DNA from: Bugula neritina
Lineage: Eukaryota > Animalia > Bryozoa
Reading direction: 5' to 3'
Length of the DNA: 64,000 bases
Assembly: GCA_964035545.1 (NCBI GenBank)
Contig: OZ037765.1
Span: 31,123,504-31,187,503 of the forward strand
Positions 41,731-55,000 of this stretch are shown here, in pieces (within the stretch, counting starts at the first letter, position 1; every line of letters starts with the position of its first letter). The notes under the pieces are model-generated. The model saw nothing but the letters and a program-made list of their open reading frames with translations, had not been told where the DNA came from and did not search any database. Position numbers and translations under genes: made by a program.

Positions 41731-43899
41731 ATGCTTGATGCTATACTCAACACACTATATTTGCAAAGACATCCTCAAGTGATGAGAAATATGGAGCTAT
41801 CTGAACGAGAAACCCCTGGCACCAGCGGTTGCGCGCCTCCAACCACATCTAAGCAAATAAAAAGGTGAGGAGTGGTATTTCAATGCACAAGGTTTTAAGA
41901 ATAATTATTATAATTACTATTATAATATAGTTGATACATAACATGACTAATATTCCCCATTACCAGAACAATAAGAGGGGAAGTAGTAATAGCATAGATA
42001 AGTTAACCTGTTGTTTAACTCAAATCAACCGATGTTTCCTTCAAATTCAATTTTAAGCCATTCATACATTTTATGCAATTGCACATGGGATTTGATTGCT
42101 AACTATAATTATTATCAGTATGATAGTGAAATGTACTATAATGCCTGATAATTGTTTTTATAAGTATAATTGTTTAGCTAATTATTGTAGTTATAATTTT
42201 ATGTTTTCAGTACGACTATATGTAATGTAATACACAGCAGGATGTAATTAATAACTGCCCAACTCTTTTGTAGTCTGGTAGACTTTTCAAACTTGGTCAT
42301 TAGTTCCAAATAAAATACATTGTTGGCAGTCTTATTATTTCCACTTATATATTTGCAATGCAAAACTTTGTAATCTTCAACCAGCATAAAGAAGTGTTGC
42401 CATAACATGCAAGACAGTATATATGAATTTTTTCTGTAGCATTTATTACTCACAGGTCTGTGTCTAATATCTCGTGTAATTTACATGTTACACACCCTTA
42501 TTGTAAAGTAAAGCATTAGAATCACGTGTACGTTTATCATAACACAGAGAAAATGGCTCTTCTGGTAGCACCAGCACAGCCCCTTCCACAGCCACCAAGA
42601 GATCCTACACTCCTGAGACAGTGCCTTATCCTGTGATGACGGGGGTACCAAAGCCAGCTGTGCCAACTAAACTCACCGCTCCTGTGCACATTGACATAGG
42701 AGGCACCATTTACACATCATCATTAGAAAATCTCACCAAGTAGGTTCATTTTACTTGCAGTCTTGTGTTTTAACTACTTAAAACAAATATGCTTGCTATG
42801 GTTGATGAGGCAAACAATCAAGTTTTTCAAAAATAACATTAAAGTGTAGCCTAAAGCCAGCAGGCTGTTCCAACAAAAACATTTTATAATCTATAGGGAG
42901 GAAGTCTTTATTCATACAAGTGTATGGCCCAGGGCCTACAAATATGCTGGTAAATGTGCTGTGAGAATTTGTTAAGTGTGGCATGCACAGCTTTAGGGTT
43001 CAATACTAAGGGTGAAGCAATAGCTTACACACTGTCTAACACTCGAGGGGGTTATCTAACTTCTACTCATCACAGCATAGCAAACAATAATCAGCAATAT
43101 GTAGGAATTGTGGCAATGTCTCAAAGAGGGTACAAATTGCACATGTATGCACACATGCCCTTAGGTTAGTAAACTTTCAATTGCTGCTTGCGGTCTGCCC
43201 TTGAGGGTATAACTTCAAGAGTGAGGATACATTTATAAAACCTGTTCAACTACAGGCTAATATTCTGAGAAATTTGCTCTTAAGGGGCAACTGAAAGCCA
43301 TTTCAGTAACACTTATTGATTTGGTGATGTGTTGTAGGTATCCCAACTCAAGACTGGCGAAGCTTTTCTCAGGAGAGCTGCCCATAATACTGGACACTAT
43401 GAAACAGCATTACTTTATAGATCGTGATGGCCCATCATTTAGATACATATTGCAGTTTCTAAGATCAGGAAAGCTGACACTGCCTGATAAATACAGAGAG
43501 ACGGAGATTCTACTGCAAGAAGCCACGTACTACGAGTTGACTGAATTGGTAGAAGCAATTAAATGCAGTTGCGACAATTCCCAAAAATCCCAGAAGGAAT
43601 GCTTGACAATAAGCATGTGTCCAGATCTGGGTGAAAGGATATGTCTAAGTGGACGCAAAGCAACGATTGAAGCACTCTTCCCAGAATTCTCAGCAGCCAT
43701 AGGAGATGCTAGGAATTCTGGGTGGATAATGGACAGTGATCATGTGATACGATTCCCTATCAATGGGTTCTGTAAGCTGAATTCTATTCAGGTGTTGGAG
43801 AGAGTAATGAACAATAATTTTGTGGTGGCAACTAGTAATGGAGGTGGGGTCGAGGGGCAGCAGTTCAGTGACTATCTGTTCACTAGAGACTTAGTATAG
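41731..43899 (+). CDS. KCTD15: BTB/POZ domain protein, KCTD1/KCTD15 orthologue (3 coding exons)
   Basis: Exons 41731-41864, 42548 (or 42569)-42739 and 43339-43899 give [90 protein letters not shown], diagnostic of the KCTD1/15 clade. The start ATG is uncertain (41731, 41782 or 41791). Confidence 0.93.
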
Positions 43900-44545
43900 A
43901 GACTCTGAAGAGTTTGGCCAGTAATTATTGTACATATAGAAAGAGTTGATAAAACAATGTGGTTAAAAACTTGTGAATTAATTTTATTACAGAAATACCC
44001 TTTTACTATCTACTTACATTCTATAATTATATTACATGTACATAAATTTTGCTCATACTAACTTATGACCAAACATATTAGTTTAAAATCATTTTACACA
44101 TCTGTTGCACATAAATTATATTCCGTCTTTATTAACTTTTCTTATAATAGAAATATGTTCAAACAAGTAGTCACCATAATTACAACTACAGCAAAAACAA
44201 TAAGATAACAGTATTGAATCAAAACAGGTAAATAAGATTGCAGTATAAACTTTACATTTGTACATTAGAACAAACAGTGTTTTAGTCACTTGATAGTTTT
44301 CAAGATTCAGCTGCACAAACTAAAGTATAGGCAGCAGAGGCATCGACCTAGAGCCTTAATTATTGGCGTCAAAAAGTTGCTAAATACATGTATAATACAA
44401 ATGGAGGGTCACATATATTTAATGCCAAAAAAAGAGTAGATGGGCAAGGTGGTCTACAAGGAGAAGGTAACTTTTGAGACAGACATCCGTAGAATATACA
44501 CATCATTTACAATGTACATGTCCATCCCTCTAGTTGTTGCATCTC

Positions 44546-47500
44546 TTATTTCACTATGTCTGAGCAGATACCGGCTGAAAATCAAAACAAAAAATGAGTC
44601 AAAATATCATAATTCAATTACAAAAGGATGAAAAATCAGCATGAAAAGCAAAGTGGAAGAGTTTGCACCCATACTGCACCAGTGTGCCATCTGACACACC
44701 ACCACACGTGTATACATGTGGCAGTGAAAGCAAGCCTACCTTGTCCTTATAGCTGGGGTAGTCATAATTCACCCACTGTTGATTATTTCTCCTCTGCCCT
44801 ACAAAATGGTAAACATTAAAAGGTTAAATTGAATGTAAAGCAGATTGTTCTACATTATGGGGCACATTCCAAAAGACTACAGCTACTACGTGTACAAACA
44901 GCAGAGGTATTTGTAGCCTGGGGCATGCATACTAATCACTTGACTGATAATGCCTTGTGTTACCTGTGGAACAATAGCCATTTAATACTTACACTTGTGC
45001 ATTTTACTATTAATTACTGCACTTGCCTTGTATGATGATAAATAAACAGTTATTTGCATAAACATGGAGAAACTTTTTAATTTTATGCAAATACAGCAGC
45101 AGTACTCATTAGCAATGCCTTTGAGAAAAGAGCTAACAGTCTGACTCTATATATGATAACTGTACATAGCTACCTGCATACTGTACATAGCTACCTGCAT
45201 ACTGTACATAGCTACCTGCATACTGTACATAGCTACCTGCGTGCTGTATATAGCTACCTGCGTGCTGTATATAGCTACCTGCATACTGTACATAGCTACC
45301 TGCATACTGTACATAGCTACCTGTATACTGTATATAGCTACCTGCATGCTGTATATAGCTACCTGCATACTGTACATAGCTACCTGCATGCTGTATATAG
45401 CTACCTGCATACTGTACATAGCTACCTGTATACTGTACATAGCCACCTGCATACTGTATATAGCTACCTGCATACTGCACATAGCTACCTGCATACTGCA
45501 TATAGCTACCTGTATACTGTGCATAGCTACCTGCATGCTGTATATAGCTACCTGTATACTGTACATAGCTACCTGTATACTGTACATAGCTACCTGCATG
45601 CTGTATATAGCTACCTGCATACTGTACATAGCTACCTGCATGCTGTATATAGCTACCTGCATACTGTACATAGCTACCTGCATACTGTATATAGTTACCT
45701 GCATACTGTATATAGTTACCTGTATACTGTACATAGCTACCTGTATATAACTCTGAGTATACTGTATACAACATATGATGGTAGAAACATGTCCCTCACC
45801 TCTGCCCTGGTAGTCACCAGACCCTCGACCTCTGTAACCACCTCTGCTATAACCTGGCCTACCGCCTCCTTGGTTACTGTAACCTCTGCCTTGAGACTGG
45901 TTACCAAAGTCTCTGTTGCCATGCTGACCGTGGTGTTCTCTGGGTGGGTGGTTATTATAATTGCTATACCCCCCTCGGTTGTAACCTCCTCGGTTGTATC
46001 CACCCCTGTTATATCCACCTCTGTTTCCACGGTAATACCCCCTTCGCACAGTAGGCTGGCCAAACGTCTCTTTGTTGACCTTGCGCTCCTCTCGCCAATT
46101 AGGTCTTATAGATTTGCTGCAAATTATTTTCAAATTAGTAAAAGAAATGTTAAATGAAACCCGCACACAAAAGTTATCCTCGCAACATTGATAATGGTAC
46201 ATCGGGGGATCTGCCCCCCCCCCCGTATTGATGGCGCACTCACCCATCGGCTCTGTCAGTAGCTTCGCAGCTAATATTATCAAAGAATGACTTTTCTTTG
46301 TTGTAAAACTCTGGCTGTGGAGCCTCATGGTCGGAGTCACTCTCTCTTTCTCCATTTATTTCTGGAAACAATCAACAACCAAGACTACTAAAATGTAGCT
46401 GTACCATGAGGAGAAAACTCCAAATACTATTACTATAACATTTGCTCTACACTTGGGGACAACTTTCTACTGGTACAGTTTTACAGAGTATCTATACGTT
46501 TAGGAGTTGTCAGTCCTTGACAACCATCTCCATGTCATGCAGTTAAAAGTAGCCAAGAATTAAACACAAGAATATTATTGCTGCTCTATTTAAGCACAGT
46601 GCACTCATTATTTGTATTTACGGGCGTTTGAAAATGCTGCACTTTACTTCCCAAAACAAATGCTAAAATTCTTTCCCAGTCCACAAGACTTGTGACGTAC
46701 CGACTGGGATTATTCCATTAAAAAGATGACATTCCCTTCAATTCTGATGAATTTAGCTCAGATATGATGAATTTTGAATGCCATAGCACGCAATTCCCTG
46801 ACAAAGTTAATTCACCAACCTGGAGTTGTAGAAATGGTGAGTTTTTCTTTCAATTCTTTCTCAATATCTTCTTTATTAAACTGTTGGTTGGACGTTTCAA
46901 AGTCAAACTCTCCATCAAACTTTAGCTGCCCGCCTCGGCCCCCTCTGCCTCGCCCTCTGCCTCCACCTTCAATGCAGGTCAGAGCAGTGACAGTCACAAG
47001 CATTACAGTGTCATGGGACGAGGAGACAACTTCAAATAGCTAGCACTTGATTACAACTCAATTGATAAACTATAATACAGTGTATAAATAACAAGACTGT
47101 CTCATCAAGACCGATAGACAGAAAAAACATGACTGAATAAAATCCACACAGTATATAATAGCAGTTACAGTTAATATAAAGCAGAAAATGCTTTTTACTT
47201 TTGAGTGTATCACAATTTGCTTTGCACAGTGAGAAGTGTAATGTTTTACTAGTATGTAGAGCAGTGGCACCGGCTGAGATAAAATGTACTGAAAGTAATC
47301 AAATTGAATCTTGAGAGAAGTCGACACCAAACCCTGCTGAGCACAAGTCATGAAGAAAGACGTACCTCTGTATCCTCGGGCTGAGCCCCTGCCTCCTCTA
47401 CCACGGGAACCCCTAGACTCTCCATATCCACCCCTGTTCACCGGGGCAGTAGATACTTGACCTAAAGAGTGCTGACCGACTTCGCTGTCGGCGGTGGTTG

Positions 47501-50500
47501 ATGGACTCTCACTTATTTCAGAAGTACTGGCCAGAGCTGCTGGGGGTGCAGATGGAACGATGCCACTCGGCTGAGCTGAAACCAAAATACTTTTCATTCA
47601 GTTGACAAAACAGATTCACTGAAAGAACTTGTAGTGCGTTGCATGTTATTACACACAGTAGGCAGTACACATTCAGCGAAACAAGGATGAGCTGACGAAT
47701 AGCCCGGGAGTCTAAAGAGAGGCGGTTAGAAGTGACTTGAGTTAGCAGTGGATTAGCAGCTGCCATGGAAATAAACCCACACCAAGGTGCAGGCAGCACA
47801 CAGGCGAGTTAAAGTGCATGCAACAAGCGGTTTACCGTCATCCAACTGTGGCTGAGGCTGGGATAGAGATGGCTTTGGCTTATAGCCAATAGGGTGTGGA
47901 GGTGGCCGCTGTGTCTCAATGTGAGCGGCAGGTGTGTCGGAGGGAGCTGAAACATAAGGTGGTGTCTACTCATTCACTGCAGACTCAGAAAACATAAGCT
48001 ACTAGCTGGTCTCATAAACAGCAAACAGTTGCATGGCCATGTAAACCATGTGTAGTATTATAACTGTGCCAGTCTGGTAAGCACTGTGTAGTGTGTAACG
48101 TAGAATGAACTCCCCGCCCAGTCTTTCCATGTTACGGCTGGTGTAGTGGACAGAAGTGAACTGTATTTCAACTCAATTTGGCAGCTCATGAGTTGCATAT
48201 TAATGCCAAGCACATTTTTTTGGTATATAGTGTTACAGAATAAAATGCTATTCAGCTTCAGAGTAACTTCTGGTTTAAGCAATATAAACAGAAGAGGGAT
48301 TTTCACAATTAGGGAACACAAAGTTAAGCAAACTTGTGTATCCAATACTGATTATCCCACAGAACTTCTAATCTCTTACAGCTACTACACACTCACTTCT
48401 CCTGGAGCTAAATTCTATATCTCACACACAAACAGAGAGAGAAGAGAAGTGAAACTGAAAATTATACCTTGGCGTACTTGTGAGTTACCAGGAGGGACTG
48501 GGGCAGGTGCTCCATACTGTGTAGGATGTGAACTAGCTGATGCTTCGGAAGATTGAGGCGTAGTGGAAGACTGCAAGGAAAAGTGTATACAAATTCACAA
48601 TAAAAATTAACTTTTCAACTTATTGGTGATCGACAGCTTTAAACTCCGAAATTTCACGACAGCTAAAATAAAACCAAACTGCAAGCTCAAGTAAGACTTT
48701 TTACCACCGAAAGTAAGGGAAACGGTGCCAACAGTTTCCGAATGCATAAATAATAAACTTCGCACGATACTCATATAAAAAATGACTGCCACCTCCTATC
48801 ACAGTAATCACCAAGTATACTATCTTGTACAACTTGCTGCAACAAGCACAGTTGCACTAGTATTCTACTATAGAGTGTAAGTACAGTTTAGAGTAAGTAG
48901 TCCCACCTCTACTATAGCCGGGTCTGAGAATGTATCGGAGGGTTTAGGTGTAGCCTTGGGAGGCTCACAAACTGTCAAGTCCTTAATATCACTCCCTCTG
49001 AATATGATATACTCAAACACTTCATCTCGAGGGGGAACAAACCTATCAGCTACTCTGTCTTCTGTGCCAAACGACTGCACTGCAAACGGAGAAATCATAA
49101 ACCACTACAACTTTTATATTGTGTCTTGGCAGCTATCCATATGTGAATATTATGACATCAATCTTTTTAGTGACAAATTTACAATTTATTTTATTGCAGC
49201 TGACTAATATAATAAACGATAAGTGATATCCATATGCTTAGCTTTCGTAAGTGGGAGTTATTGTCTTTTTTGGACACCAACACACACACAGTTGAAAATG
49301 TAATTCAACATATCTAAACCACTATATTTACTAATGCTGACAAGTCACTTTGAGGACCAGTGAAATGTGTATAAAAAGAAAGTAAAGGTTAAAAAACTTT
49401 AAAAAAACAAAACGATTTCTGCAAATTTCAAACTTCCGTTTATTTAAAAATTTGTATCAATTATTATTTATGTCATATACTAGCAGATGTAAAATTCTTG
49501 GCTACATTAACCTTAGCTTAGAAAAATAGTTTTTATACTTTTTACCTGAAAATAAAGAAATTTTTACATTTTTATACAGAAACTGAGAAGCTGTCTTACT
49601 ACCGATGAATAAAATCATTTTAAATTGAATTTCAGACCGTTCTTTTGCCACAAGAACTACCAAAATATTACTTGATTGCTATTACTGAACTCTTACTATT
49701 ACTAAAAACCGCCTTACTATTACATGAACTTGAAGTTAATCATTATCACCAAATGAAATAGCCAACATTAGATGATTACTAGAAAATAGAGTCTTTCTTG
49801 TTTCTTTCATTAAATTTAATTCAAATCACATACAGACTTGTGATTTATTTATTGTGATTGTGGAACTTGATGTACTTATAAATAGTGGTTGTAATACTTA
49901 TTATTATGCGAATAATAAATGCATGGGTAAAAACAATATTATTACTCACAGTCACTACATTAAAATTTACAATTAATATTATTATGATTATAACAATAAT
50001 GTCAGTATCACCTTTGGCTTTAGTTTTAACTAAATTGATATCAAATCAATATCAATCCTCACCTATCCCTGCCCTGTTCGGGTAGCGGGATCAAATCAAT
50101 ACCAATACGAATATATATTATATTATTTATATAACTATAACTTTAACTTATTGTTATAACTTATTAACTATAAGTATAACTATAAGCTAATAATTATAAT
50201 ATTATTTAGATTTAGTAATATCAGATTTAGTAATACTAATATTAATAATACTCCTATAACTATCAGCAACACATCTACTAGACCTGTCACCCACACTGTG
50301 AGACTGAATGTCATGATCATGATGTTGAAATTGAATCGAATGAGTGAATCACAGTGACAGTGTGAGTTTCAGCTACGAGTTATTTATAATAATAATATTA
50401 ATAGTAATACATTAACTTTAACTTTAGAAGTGTAGTCTTCAACTTTAAGCCCGATGCAGTGAGTGATACTGATAGCATTAATGTAAAACGTGTATGAGAA

Positions 50501-50726
50501 ACATTTTGCAGCTATTATTACATGTAAGGGTTCCATTTTGATCTGGCATGAAAAATGCACTAAATTAGTGACAGTGACTGGTTCTAAATGAATTTGAAAA
50601 TCTAAATTCACCTTTAGCTAGGGCAACAGTAGATGCTTCCGTATCTATAGTGTATAGCATGCCTTCATAACGAATTCCTGCTTTGGAAATAAGACTAATC
50701 TTACTTCCAATATATGGTATTGACAT
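44546..50726 (-). CDS. LSM14: LSM14/RAP55/Scd6/Trailer hitch family mRNP granule protein (about 9 exons)
   Basis: [22 protein letters not shown] LSm domain, [30 protein letters not shown] motif ([12 protein letters not shown]), FFD box ([10 protein letters not shown]), TFG box ([13 protein letters not shown]) and RGG repeats. The last exon (AGICSDIVK*, 44574-44546) is less certain. Confidence 0.95.
45158..45748. repeat. 21-bp minisatellite (TAGCTACCTGCATACTGTACA), ~28 copies, in the last LSM14 intron
   Basis: Directly visible; produces 7-aa repeat ORFs in several frames. Confidence 0.97.
50040..50101 (-). mobile_element. 38-bp GC-rich hairpin insertion flanked by 12-bp direct repeats (probable 5'-truncated retroposon)
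   Basis: ATCAAATCAATA at 50040-50051 and 50090-50101 flanks TCAATCCTCACCTATCCCTGCCCTGTTCGGGTAGCGGG. Confidence 0.55.
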
Positions 50727-51080
50727 ACTAGCTAATTGACGCTAATGCATTAATAAAATAAATAAGATTCTACAAGATTCAAATTTGCAATTGCACAAAC
50801 TTCGCTGAGATATTTTCTCATAATCAGTTCACGAACAGATCACGGGTTTTACGAGATATATGACATTTAGTATTAATAAACTTTGTTTCGTAAAACATTT
50901 AACATTAGCTGCTAATGATTGTGGTATAAATAAAAACAAAAAAATTGACAACATTTGTCATAAAATATATAACATTTATAAATATTACAATAATATTTAA
51001 ATAAATATTCAAAATGGGAAACAAAACCTGCGCAAATTTACATATAAACACTGAGCCTCACATACTGGAAATTCTAATAA
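50727..51080. promoter_or_regulatory. Probable bidirectional promoter between LSM14 and the TAF4-like gene
   Basis: Head-to-head genes with ATGs about 1.3 kb apart; an acceptor near 51987 implies a non-coding first exon of TAF4-like around 51.0 kb. Confidence 0.55.
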
Positions 51081-52018
51081 GTAATAGTTATACTTATAGT
51101 AATAACTCTACCCGAGCTACTGCGTACTAAAAGTAAATGTAATGCTTCATGTTTTATGGTTTTACCAAATAGCATATTTTTAGGAATCTGCATATTTATA
51201 TTAAAAAGTAATGCTCAATTAATTAAAAACTTATCTTCTTTACAAGGTTTCAGGTTACACTTTCACTTCGACTTACTACTTTTATTAATTATTTTACTTC
51301 TAGTTCTACAGTACTTCTAGTTCTACTTCTAGTTCTAGTAACTATTACTATTAGTATTAGTATTACTATTAGTATTAGTATTAGTAACTATAACACTATT
51401 GTTACTATTATGGTATTACTATTAGTATTTACTAATTTAGTAGTTATACTAAATCTAATACTTATACTTATAGTTATAGTTAATGTTATAGTTGTTGTAA
51501 TACTAATACTAATAGTAATTGTTAATTGTTTATTTTGAATGTCATGATAAGATAAATCTCTTATTTTTAAACCAGTTAAAAAAATTTTTGACATGAAGAA
51601 ATTGATAATAATAAACTTATGCTATGTGATGAGTAAAACCAAATATTTTGTATTTTAGCTCATGAGCAGTAAAGCATTTTATCTTATTTTTCATCTGCTG
51701 AATTATTTAGATAAGCACATTTGGCTTCATTTTGATAACTTTCAGTTTTTTGTAATCATTCTGGTTCTTTATTTAAAATTAATATAAACAAATTTTTATA
51801 TAATATATAGTGGAATGTAAAATTCTACAATTCTTTCCAATAGCAAGTCAAAAATTTAACACCCATAGCCTACCTCTTAGATTTATGAACTAAAAATATT
51901 CTTACTACAAAATCAGTTGGTTCCATATTTGAAAACTTTTTTTTTGTTTGATGATACATCTGTGAACTTGAGATTATGTTTTTTTAGGAAATTCTCTTAT
52001 GACACTTATTAACCAATC

Positions 52019-55000
52019 ATGGGTGGTGAATCCAAACCTGGAATCAACACTTTGTCAGCCATTGGACTGCCTTCTGATGAAAAAAGATCTACTCTGGATA
52101 ACACTCACAGAAAGATAATTGACTTGTTGAATGCATCTCCATCAACAGCAACCCAGCAGAATGATAAAGAAAAACCCATCACTCAATCAAATGCTCATGG
52201 AAATTTAGCTGCTTCATTGGCTTTTTATGTTCCAAAAGCTTGCAACGTCAGCATCGGCAAGGAAAATGAGTCACCTTTAGTTCACTTTCAAACATCTCAA
52301 CAATATGTTGCAAAGAGTGCTTCTAACACCACACCTAAGGCATGTATCATTTTGTCAAGTATTTAAATGAGTCGGTAAAGGTAATTATAGTTGATTATGC
52401 AGACATATTTATTATTTGGAGTTAAAGCTAGCAAATCTTTTAAAAATTAAGTTGTATGCTTGAATGATAAACCTGTAACATTATACAATATGCCTTGCTT
52501 TTGTAGCATCTAAACAGAATTGTCTACCCCGTGATTTTAGCAGATAAAAATGGGCGAGTTATATCCATTCAGTATGGACCTTCAGTTGCTCCAAGTAAAC
52601 AATGTAATGATTTCAAACTTGTCAACAAATTGACCAACGAAATATCTCCAGCAAGTCATACAACACCCATAGGCAGCATTAGAGCGGCAGCACCTGTTTC
52701 AGCACCCAATACTACGTCCATATCTGCTGTGTGTCATCCAAATCTTTCTGTAACAGCCTCTCCTTGTAATTTGCAAGTAAACCGAAAACTTCCAGTGGCA
52801 AACGTTATAGGTTCTAAGGGTATGTTGATGTATGCATGTTAATACTATTGATTTGGCACTTGAATCCTAGGTGCTGTTCAAATGTTTTATCAAGTGAAAT
52901 AAATGAAGTTTATTATGTGTGATGCTGGTATAAGTCCTCAGCTGAAAATGTATATGTATTCTGAAATTGATATCTGGTTAGCAAGATTATACCTGCCATG
53001 GTCATCTAAGTGTTTATAATATGTGCAGTATAGTGGTCTGATGACTTTAGGCATCAGGTTTTCCCCCATTATTACTCCACAATGATTTGTTTTCTTCGAA
53101 TAAAAACTCATTGAAAGTTGTTAATTGCAGTGAAAATATCCTTTCATGAAAAATTTCACTTTTTGCCGCATCTGCTTACTGTGTAAAAATTATTTTGCTC
53201 ATAAGTTAAGAAAGTTGTGAGCCAGTGTTTGTTGGAGATATCAATGTTTCTGTTGTTGTTGTCAATTAATACAGGAGAAAGACTGGCTGTAGACATCAAA
53301 AGTATTTTGAAACTTAAATCACTACTAGAGACAATACTGAAGACTACTAAAGAGTCAGCGAACCATTTCAAGATTGTGAGGTACACAGAGGCTGTCATGG
53401 TATGCTAATGTATTACGTAGCTTCTCTATTGTCTTGGAGATAATGTTTTCTTGATTAATAAGCACAATTATGCTATTTCTTTAATCATTATTATGTCTTA
53501 TTAAATATTGCTGAAGAGTTTGGAAAAATCATTGCTAAAATATTTTTTCTGTTTATAAGTAACTGTAGAAAAGACCATTTTTACTCTTATTGTTTACACT
53601 GCTGTACCTTATACAATTCCTTTCTGTTTTATATTACTTTACTTGTATATTTTATACTTCTATACTTTATACTTTACACTATGCTAGCAATATGCTTTAT
53701 ACTATGCTAGTTATATACTTTATACTATGCTAGTTATATACTTTATACTATGCTAGCAATATACTTTATACTATGCTGGTTATATACTTTATACTATGCT
53801 GGTTATATACTTTATACTATGCTAGTTGTATACTTCATACTATGCTGGTTATACACTTTATACTATGTAATTTAATCTCCTATACTACTTTATTTTTGAA
53901 GGCAGGCACCATAGTTCCCACACAGTTTATAAGCATGCTACAAAGTGTCATGCTTGAAGTTAGTCCAACCGTGAAAGATTTAATCACAGTGAGTTCTTCT
54001 CACCAATGGCAATGAGTTTTGATTTATTGCTTTTTTATTTGAAAATTCCTTCATCACGTTATTCAAAGGCTTTTTTTAAGTCAAGGGCAGATGATTACAA
54101 AACTTAGTAATTGGAATTTCTAAGTTTTCAATTAAGCAAATTATATAACGAAAAATGGTTTTTCTGATTTCTTTACAATACTTGTGCACTTCTTAGAGGA
54201 ACTTACCTGGCTTACGGATAGCTGCTATTAAAGATAAAAATTTTGCTATCAGCGGTTTATCTAAGGATTGGATGACTCCACCACCATCACAGTTAAACAT
54301 GGTTAGTAACTCGTGAGTAGTTGTATCACTTGTGCTTTAGTCTGCGTGTTTTCAACTGCAATACCTGAGTATCGCACAATCAGCATATTTTCTAATCACA
54401 GAGCTGTGAGAAGTAGTAGAAACTTCTATTCAAAAAGTTTTCAAAACAAACTATTTTAACAACCAACCAGCTGTAGTTGAGTTGTAGCTGAAATTATTTC
54501 TCAGTGTTGCTAGATGAATGTGTAATAAATGGACCTGTGGAAATAGACATTTGAAACCTCCATTTCTCGTACCTTCAATTTTTTTCTTGTTTTTTATTGA
54601 TTTGTCTTGCACCACAGAGCACTTGTCTTGTATTGCTAGGCAGTTTTTATTGTTTTTTTTATCATTGCACCAATATACCTAACACTATGGAGAGAAAGAG
54701 AGAAATTGTCTGTCAACTTACATAATACATTCATTCATTGGACACTCATTTCTTCCTATGTCATGAAATTTATTTGAAAAATTCAGTGAACTTATAACTG
54801 TCTAAGAATACAATAACATGCTATGTAGTAGAAGACTTGAACAACATTGTGGACTGTTTAGTTTATGCCATTACATTTTTCAAACTTCTACACAGTGTAT
54901 AGCATGTAGAAGAATGTGTTGTATGCTTTCCATGTGGATTTTAGTCTCCACAGCCTCGGAAAATAGTCCTTCAGGGATTACGACCTATACAGCCTTCTAT

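Noticed and set aside
45153-46157. 334-aa and 169-aa plus-strand ORFs
   Set aside because: Antisense of the LSM14 RGG exon plus the 21-bp repeat.
46700-46800. Apparent extra LSM14 exon (TGTCAG| ... CG|GTACGT)
   Set aside because: The acceptor is only about 22 nt from the upstream donor, too short for an intron, and there is no other support.
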